Shown in pieces: positions 55,396-64,000 of a stretch of 64,000 nucleotides of DNA (position 1 is the first letter of the stretch; the number at the start of each line of letters is the position of its first letter). Where the stretch lies: positions 66,402,001 through 66,466,000 of the forward strand of contig OX597821.1 of the NCBI GenBank assembly GCA_951406725.2. Reading direction: 5' to 3'. The notes under the pieces are model-generated. The model was not told the DNA's origin. It ran no database searches and worked only from the letters and a program-made list of their open reading frames with translations. The stretch is from Octopus vulgaris (Eukaryota). A program made the translations under genes and the position numbers.

Positions 55396-55545
55396 TAGCA
55401 GAGACACCCGGCGTTGCTCGGGATTAAAATGCCATAGTTTGTATATAATATATTACAGTTATGTTGAAACAGGTGATATGAGAAAGTGCAGCATTGACAA
55501 CAAAACATTTGTGGAGTAAATAATTGGCTAATTCGACTAAGCAAC
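55395..55545 (-). mobile_element. Helitron 3' end
   Basis: Reverse complement ends cccgagcaacgccgggtgtctctgCTAG|t, with the same hairpin as 41386-41413. Confidence 0.8.
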
Positions 55546-56644
55546 ATGTTATGTCCCCATAACATGTTATGTCCCGTACCTTAGCGGTTCGGCATAAGTG
55601 ACCGACAGAATAAGTACTGGTCTCACAAAGAATAATTCCTGGGATCGATTCTATTAAGGCAGTACTCCAGCATGGCCGCAGTCAAATGACTGAAGCAATT
55701 AGGAGAATATAAAAATAAAAATGAATATGTGTGTGTGGGTGTGTGTTTGTTTGTATATAAATATATAGGCGGTACTCCAGTATGGACGTAGTCTGATGAA
55801 TTTTTTGGCTCAAAAAGCAAAAAAGCAAGGCCATGTGTGTGTGTGTGTGTGTGTGTGCACATTTTCAATTTCCCTAATCCACTCCTAAAGAATTTGGTCG
55901 GCCAGAATTTATAGCAAAAGCCATTTACCAGGATGTAGCGAGACTGAACCCCAAAAGCACATGGTCACAAAACAAACATAACAAAACGCAGAACATTTTT
56001 TTCACACAGAACCTTGTGGTTTTTGTGAATATTTTTCTTCCTTCCTTCCTTCCTCCCTTCCCACATGTTTCCTAATTTATCGCCATCTCATAATTATTTC
56101 TCTTTGAGGACACTCTTTCTCAGATGTTTGATGAATGCAGATGTTTCTAGGCAGTTATTCTTATCCCGAGTCTTTATTATAAATAAACACATGAAATTAT
56201 TATAAAGCGTGAATAATTATAAACTCATGTAAAAGTATAAACACACGAAAACCCCTGTTTCTCATTTTGCCATCTTTATACATCAGCTGCAATATATTTG
56301 AGTAAGATATTGTAATTATATAAATCTCGACGATCAAGATATGTCGTTTTCAGCGTCAGGAAGGTTTTCTTTCTGAGATCTTACTTACTATCTGTTAGAA
56401 CTTCCAAGTCAAAGTGCAGTTATCTCATAGCTAAATCCAACGAGGAAAATCAACCTAGTCATTAGAGCATCGGATTAAATGGTTTGGCTGTGTGGTAAGA
56501 AGCTTGCTTCCCAACCAAATGGTTCCAGTTCAGTCCCGCAGGTGTCTTCTACTATAACCTTGGGCCGACCAAATCCTTGAGAGTGAATTTGGTAAACGGA
56601 AGCTGAAAGAAAGCCGTCGTATATATCTATATCTATATATACAT

Positions 56645-57006
56645 AATAGAAATATTAAAATAACTAAGTCTCACTAAAAGAGAACAGCGGCAGCGTTCCC
56701 GAAAATAATAGTTATCGCCATACTAATATGGCATTCTTATAAAAATAAGAAAAAAGCTGTCCGCCTATTAGCTCCATGAGGCCATAGCCTTAAGTTAGCT
56801 ATTTGATACACAAACTGTATCCATATAACCTTCGAACAAGGGAGGTCAGTCGCTCCACACTACTTGACCGGCAGCTACAGACGCGTTTCGGGGTATTGCC
56901 CCTTTTCAATGCAGCGTAGCCAGCCAGTAGGTGTCGCTTCCGACAATCTCTGTTCGATGGTTTTATTTACCTAGTTTCGGTGGAATACATCCACTTGTTT
57001 TCAATA
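56645..57006 (-). mobile_element. About 360-bp non-coding element carrying one clear and one partial hammerhead motif
   Basis: Non-SINE sequence between TA-rich tracts; motifs at 56874-56915 and 56962-57006. Confidence 0.65.
56874..56915 (-). ncRNA. Minimal type I hammerhead ribozyme, U3-A8 core variant
   Basis: gctgca-TTGAAAA-gggg-caata-cccc-GAAAC-gc-GTC-tgtagc: 6-bp stem I, 4-bp GC stem II, palindromic ACGCGT loop 3 and a GUC cleavage triplet. Confidence 0.75.
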
Positions 57007-57007
57007 C

Positions 57008-57042
<35 letters not shown>

Positions 57043-57834
57043 AAGAGAGAGAGAGATGTGGTGCATGTGTGTTTGTGTGTGTGTTTCTTTGTGTCTGTGT
57101 TTGGCCCCCACCACCGTTTGACAACAGGTGTTGGTGTGTTTACGTCCCCCGTAATTTGGGGATTCGGCGAACAAGGCCGATAGAATACTTACTAGGCTTT
57201 TTAAAATAGTCCTGGGGTTGATTTTTTTCGACTAAATCCTTTCAAAACGTTGCCCCAGCATTGCCGTAGTCAAATGACTGAAACAAGTAAAAGATAAAAA
57301 ACAAAGGATCCTGTGGTATTCGTTTTGGCTCTCAGCACTCAGATTTCTGATCGCGACGAGGTCAGCTTTCCATTTGATTCTTTCAGTGTTTTTTAAGTGA
57401 ACAACATGTCCAAGGAATTGGACTGGCAGAATAGAGCATCGGATACGATGTGTGGCATCCGCTTTAACTCTTTCTGTTCTGAATTCAAATGCCACCAACG
57501 TGTCGATGGTCGGAGCTGACCACTCAAGGACGAGGACACCTTGCTGTTGGCCAGTGTTGATAGGTAGGACGGGAACCAGTATAGATATACCAACACCTAA
57601 CAGGACCCTGGGGTTTAATCTAGCAGTGGATTGCCAACAAATAAAAAGAAAACCTTACATTGCATTACAAATTCATAGTTTTTTATTTAGAGTCTAAAAA
57701 AAAAAAACTCGATAGACCCGTTCTTCTGCCTCTGAATGCTCAGAGACCCGACATTGGTAAATTTCTCACACAGTGTAGTCATTTAAACATTCTGAGGGCA
57801 TCCAATTTGAAAAGGAAGCATATTTTCACAATGT

Positions 57835-58250
57835 GTTGCAACCAACGTATCGCAGATTTACGTACCCACTGTGTGGAACCATGGGAAGTATTTTCTACTA
57901 TAGCCTCGGGCTGCTCAAAGCCTTGTAAGTGGATTTGGCGGACGGAAACAGAAAGAAGCTCGTCGTGTGTACATATATATGTGTTTGTGTGTGGGGTGTA
58001 TGTATATATATATATATATATACACATAAACAAGACGGGTTTCTTTCAGTCTCCCCCATCACCCCTTGGCAACCGGTGTTGGTGTGTTGACGTCCCTGTA
58101 ATTTGACGGTTCAATAGTACAAGGGATCAGTAGAATAAGTATTATAGGAGATAAGTTCTGAGGTCAATTTGCTCAGCTAAAAACCCTTTATGTCGGTGCT
58201 CCAGCATAGCCACAGTCAAATTACTGCAAGTAAAATATAAAGGAAAAACA
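57835..58250 (+). mobile_element. SINE family C, degraded
   Basis: ttctactatagcctcgggc...gtggatttgg...gaataagt...gtgctccagcat. Confidence 0.75.
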
Positions 58251-58298
<48 letters not shown>

Positions 58299-59670
58299 TA
58301 TATATAAATGTATGTGTGTGTGTTAGTGTGTATGTGTGTGAGTGAGTGTTTGTGTGTATACACACGTGCGTATTTGTGTATGTGTGCGTGTCTCTGAATA
58401 AATCTGTCATAACTTCATAATGAAAATCTATTCTTAAAATTGCTTAGCAGTGATGTTCAACAGCCAGTGACGAAAGACATTAACATTGCAATGTAACATC
58501 AAAGAATAACACAGAGAAGCTACATGGGAACTGTAGCATGTGGGAGACATTGCAAATGCAAAAATGTCGATTAGATGATATATAAAATAATTGGCAGTGT
58601 TTACTGAGACCGTCCAGTCTAATTTAAGTTGGTAGAGATATACAGACATGATAAGGTAGGTAATTTTGTATAGACGTTTAAAGACGAAAAAAATAAGATT
58701 AAATTAAGAAAATAAAGTTTACAATAACGATAATATGAAAATAAAATGAATGAAAATGTGTCAGAGAGAAAATTAAAATGATATTCAATGAAAAACATTG
58801 TAAAATATTTATTCAGTGTTTATGCATAAATATTCTAAAGAACAAACTCTATTTCAAAACCGCCTCAAAAATGCGAATCATCAGCGTTAATTACTCAGTG
58901 AACATCCTACCCTGGAGAGATGGATATTAAAGTATGACGTCCAGGTTGTCAGGAAGTAGAGGACATAGCAAAAATGTTTTTCTTCATTAATAAAACAATG
59001 AATTCTTAGAAGAAACTAGTGGAAATAATACAAATATTTCAACAGCGATATGACAAAAAAAAATCAACTTTAAACATCATTTATTTGCCACAAGGACCCA
59101 TTTAAGCAATGCTACATGTGTTTACTCCTACTTGTGTTGCAATCATCTATTGCAAACTTGGCGCTCCGAAATTGCCCGTGAGCGAAAATCTTTAGAATTT
59201 ATTTTTTATTCTCTACCAGAGAATTAACTCCACTGCATTTCTCCTTACCGAAGGCTGTCTTTCACAAGAGGTAGATTCCTTGTCATCCTTGAACAACAAT
59301 TTTTTTTTTCCTGGAGGGTGTGCCCCACCTTATTATTCTTTTAATATTCTTGAATCATATTTTGGGGTCACCTTTTCGTTTGTTAAAAATGTCTGCCATT
59401 TTTCTTCGTCCTCTGTGCTGTTCCTGTCGTCGTAAATGAAAGGAAGGGTACTTACTATTTTGAGGGGCAGATTTCTGGTAGTTTAGTCCTCGCTGTTGTT
59501 TCTCATGTGGTTATGTTGTTCTATGATCATATCTTGGTAACGGCCTTCTCCAATATCATATTCTTAGTGCTTATCGTGCTTATTCCTGTTCACTGTAGAT
59601 TTAAATCCTCAACCCCACCCTTCTTTTATTTTACAAGTAATGGAATTTCGCAGTCCCTCTTTTGGGAGAC

Positions 59671-59765
59671 CTCCCATAGACGAATATTTCTACAAAATTC
59701 CTCGGTATCTTTTACAAGATTTTGTTCCTGCGCCAGGTTTTTGAGTGGAGGGTGAATTTAAGTGC
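59671..59765 (-). mobile_element. Possible Penelope-like ORF N-terminal remnant
   Basis: LKFT, a frameshift, then QEQNLVKDTEEFCRNIRLWE, resembling the GLKF.PTP....D...F.R.LRL.E pattern upstream of Penelope reverse transcriptases. Confidence 0.45.
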
Positions 59766-60622
59766 ATACAAAAAAAAATTGATATAGGTTTTCATGGTAT
59801 TTTCTCATGATAATTATAATTTTTGGATCAATTGGTTTAATATTTATCAGAATCTTTGTATTATTAGTGCTTTCTTTTATTTGGAACTCCTATTCCTTAA
59901 AAAATGATTTTGTTCAATGGATCATCTGTACCCTGTCTCATTCTATCTTTTCAGAAGGATTGTTTCCAGTAGTCGATATACGTAGCATTGTTGTTATACC
60001 ATCTTGGTAGTTTGGCTTATTCTACTGGATTTCTACAGTTTTCTTTGGTTTGTCGATCAATTTCCTTTTTTTTCTATTGCCGTTATTTGTAAGCCTTTTT
60101 ATAGTAGTTGCACTTGTTTGGGTATATATCTTTTTGTCTGTTTTTGACTGCAACACCTCATTAAGAATTAAATAAATATTTTGGTATATGGGCTTAAATT
60201 CACACTTGCTCCAAACCCAAACCTGACACAAATTGTATTGAAATTAGCAAATTGTTTGTTTAATTTGTGTGCGTGTGGTCATTTGTGATTAGTTTGTATA
60301 TGTATATTGACATCTATTTGCTATGGAAAGACGATGTACCTAATAACATTTTACGCATGTCAAAGTTTAGAAATATATGCTAAATTTAGTGATATGATGG
60401 AAGGCTTGTCTCGAGAATGCGCTCGAGGAGTTGTTCAGTTAGCTAAGATATATTTGTCTTAAGTTTAAATTGTTGTTGTGATTCTTTCGCATCGGCAAGT
60501 TAGATATTCCTTGAATAGCTTATATGAGACAATCACCTTCGTAGCTTGAAACTTAAGAAAATTTGCTGCAGATAAGATAGTGTACCAAAATGAATTCATA
60601 CAGGTTTATACATGCACGCACG

Positions 60623-60679
<57 letters not shown>

Positions 60680-60694
60680 GCACGCACACACACA

Positions 60695-60752
<58 letters not shown>

Positions 60753-61204
60753 ATACTCATCCAAGCATTCCTGCTACATCTCGTTCACTGAAATTCAGTT
60801 TTCGCCAAGATTCGTTTCCCGCATGGCATTGACCTAATTGTCCATACCGAATATCGCTAGCAAGGATGCTGAGCTCTGACCTGCTCCACCAAAAATCTCC
60901 CCGTAGGAATAGTGACTTCAATAGTCGTTAGACACGGAAGGTGTATGACGCTGCAGATAATGTGTTGTACTGACATTGTGTTCTTGGGTGAAACATTAAG
61001 TTTCGACTGAGCTGAGAGTGGCTACAACAACTGTTCGTGGGTTATCTCTGAGAAAGACTACCATTCGTTTAGCGAGGGATATTGTACTGCCAATGACATA
61101 TACATCATTGAAACGAGAATAAACTCTAGCCTAATGACTCTGTAAGTTTGAGACAGACCTACAACATAATATTGTTCAATCCAAGCCTTGGGAATGTAAT
61201 TAAG

Positions 61205-61371
61205 TACATTATTTACTTTATTTCCATTATTTACATTCGACGGATATTTGTCCTCATCTTGTTTGTTGTTAACACAACGGTTAACAACAAACAAGGTGAG
61301 GACAAATATACGTCGAATGTAAATAATGTAAATAATATACATAATTCATCATCTCTAAAATATAGAACTGT
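61205..61371. mobile_element. Fold-back copy of the 63700-63890 element's downstream segment
   Basis: 49-bp arms at 61225-61273 and 61280-61328; sequence matches 63700-63805. Confidence 0.8.
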
Positions 61372-62804
61372 ATTATGTAATTGAGTAAACGGAAACTATG
61401 TGGAACCCAGTATGATAAATTCCACCTGATTTTCGGTGATAAATCTAATCCGTTGCGTGGTGTATAACCTTCAGTGTTTGTTTTTGCGTGATATCTAGCG
61501 TTCGGCTTGAAGCTAACAATTGAAGTTCGGCTTCCTTTTGCATTTCTTCAAACATGCCCGAAGTTTCGAGAAAAATGTCCAAGGGTTTTACGTATCTTCT
61601 GATCAGACCAAGACATAAAAATACGTTGTGTTTATTCAGGTCAAAATTGAACTGGGAACATGCAGAAGCGCATGCTTATAATACAATATCTTTTGTCCAG
61701 AATTTCTACCATGTCCCCCACTCCCCTGTCCTCTCCGTCAGGTAGAATTAACCTATTACCATCGACCGTTAAATGTTTGTCAGTCACACTCGTAAGCTTG
61801 GATGTTTACGTACATATAGTCAAAAAGATTCGATTCGTCAATACCGGAAAAACTATTACGCCCATACGCTCGGCAGATTCCACTTAGCTAATATCATTGA
61901 TAACTTTTTGAAGCTACTGTAATATACACGTATGTATTTGCTTGAATGATTGCAAAGAGGATCTCAACTATGGTATAATTATATAATTATATAGGAATCA
62001 GATATAAAGTTAGGTTAAGTGAGTCAATTGTCTATAACTATATTTCTTGGAAAATTATTGATGCTTGTCTCAAAGAATGGAACCAATATGTTTTATAATT
62101 TATATTTACATTTCTTTTAGTTATTCATATTCTGTTGTTGCTACTTTTTACATCCTTACTTGTAGCTTTCGCGGGAGATTACTAAGAATTAGCTAAAATG
62201 TTCAGTTATTCTAGTGATGTCTAAACATAATTGCTTGTTAAAAATATTTTCTTCAATAGCTTATGTGGTTCTTAGCCATGAATTTAAAACAATAATTACT
62301 ATTAATATCATGTTATGAATAATAATTTCATAATCATTCGTGGAACTTTGAGCGGAATAGAATTATGTATGTGTTGCTTTGGGACGGAGAGCATAACGCT
62401 TCCAGCTAAGACGTGTCATAAATAATAAAATTACACTGGACAGCAAAATGATAAACTCGAAAGCAAGAGGAAAGTGCAATGATTGATACGGTATATGTCT
62501 AGCGAAGTATATAATACTGCGCTAAACTTTATATCTTTGCCATTGTCAGACATAAAATAATATAATAATACACCATAAAATATTGCAAAGCGGCAAATCT
62601 TTACGAATGCGAAACTGTCTCTATTTGTATGTATGTGTGTATGTATGCATGTATGTATTATGTACGTATGTACATGCGTGTGTGTATATGTGTTTATATG
62701 TATGTAAAGATAAATGGACGGATGGATGTACGTACATATATATGTGTGTATGTATGTATGTATGTATGAGAGTTTATATGTATACATACATGTAATTATG
62801 CAGG

Positions 62805-62841
<37 letters not shown>

Positions 62842-63037
62842 ATGCAAGTATGCGTAAAAATATAAATATATTATACACACATATATAGACGAACATATAT
62901 ATATACACATATACAAACACACACACATATATATATATGATATATATATATGCATGCATGTATATATATATGTATTGTATGTATGTATATATAACATTAT
63001 ATCTGTGCCTGTGTGTATGTCTATGCATGTACATAAT

Positions 63038-63121
<84 letters not shown>

Positions 63122-63699
63122 CATCTATCTATCTGTAAAAACTCATAACACTTAATATATATATATATATACATATTTGTGTGTGTGTATCTTTCTCAGT
63201 ATGTATGTATTTGTGCATGTGTATGTGTAACTCTAAAGTGGGAAATGATGTTTTCTCGTTATTAGAAACGCCTTAGGTGAATTTCATTGTGTTCTAGTGG
63301 TTTGCGTTTATTAAATAATATTGCAAACAATATGTCAGAAAATTACATGAATCATAATGCAGTCTGCTGCTGTTAATGTTGTTGGTGCCAATGTTCGCGT
63401 TATTTAACCTCAGTTCAGCCCTCAACTAGATCTGTATCCAGCGGCGTCCTAGCCATGACTGTCTCATTTATACTTTTATTGCGTAATCGTGTAATCTAGA
63501 CGAAATTTAACAATATGATTTTGTTTATAGCTGTAGTATGTAATATGTGAGAAAGATTTGGTTCGAATTTCTTGCAGTTCAACCGGCCTTGTAGAGATCC
63601 TTTCATAGGCACAAGAGCAGTTTGCAGTATGAGACAAAATATCGATAAGGTATTTGGAATACTTTTATCAGACAAAGCTGCAAAGCATTATCTGTGTAG

Positions 63700-63892
63700 C
63701 AGTTCTATATTTAAGAGATGAGGAATTTTGTACATTATTTACATTATTTACATTATTTACATTTGACAGATATTTGTCCTCATCTCGTTTGTTGTTAACA
63801 CAACGTTTCGGCTAATATATCCTCCAGCCCTTCATCAGGTGTCTTGACAAAATTTTGAACCTGGGTTCTCATTCCTAAGGTATATTTTGATG
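63700..63892 (-). mobile_element. Short hammerhead-bearing Penelope-like or retrozyme-like element
   Basis: Shares sequence with 61205-61371, contains the hammerhead at 63797-63843, and has a tandem (ttacattat) 9-mer. Confidence 0.7.
63797..63843 (-). ncRNA. Minimal type I hammerhead ribozyme with palindromic loop 3
   Basis: gacac-CTGATGA-ag-ggctgg...ttagcc-GAAACGTT-gtgtt. Stem I is gacac/gtgtt, and the AACGTT palindrome replaces stem III. Confidence 0.72.
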
Positions 63893-64000
63893 TAATTCAC
63901 TGTGTTTTATGTATCACATCGATATTTATCTATTTTTGTATGTTTTTTTATATTTATATACTTGGAATTTTTATATATGTTTTATAAATGTAGAAGAATA

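Larger units (their letters stand above)
56484..57300 (+). mobile_element. SINE family C interrupted in its internal (TA)n by a hammerhead element
   Basis: Head at 56484-56620 and tail at 57070-57300. Confidence 0.8.

Noticed and set aside
60240-62410. Possible L1/Tx1-like or DNA-transposon remnants at 60240-60550, 61410-61900 and 61910-62410
   Set aside because: Weak mutual similarity only; no diagnostic motif or terminal structure could be confirmed by eye.

Overview
This is AT-rich eukaryotic DNA saturated with microsatellites ((TA)n, (TAA)n, (TATG)n, (TATC)n, (CA)n, (GAT)n, (CAC)n). The repeat families resemble those I know from Octopus (coleoid cephalopod) genomes; this is an inference and was not checked by search. 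I found no convincing host protein-coding gene, so the window is probably intronic or intergenic, and nearly all ORFs in the supplied track are microsatellite artefacts. The content is layered mobile DNA: three tRNA-derived SINE families, five R4/Dong-type (restriction-like endonuclease) LINE remnants, a CR1/L2-group LINE remnant, decayed Penelope-like elements, mariner and MULE transposase remnants, non-autonomous Helitrons, a pogo/Tigger-like MITE and several fold-back elements. Four signals stand out. (1) At least five sequence-distinct type I hammerhead ribozyme motifs sit in short non-coding elements at (TA)n tracts. One has a compensatory U3-A8 core, one element shows a tandem or circular junction, and one fold-back starts almost exactly at the predicted cleavage site. 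(2) Retroelements appear partitioned by microsatellite: a roughly 540-bp non-coding family and Dong-like LINEs in (TAA)n, and a distinct R4/Dong-like lineage in (CATA)n. (3) There is a 21-bp minisatellite built from a SINE head. (4) There are precise template-switch repair scars. All translations, alignments and folds were done by eye, so boundaries are approximate unless stated.
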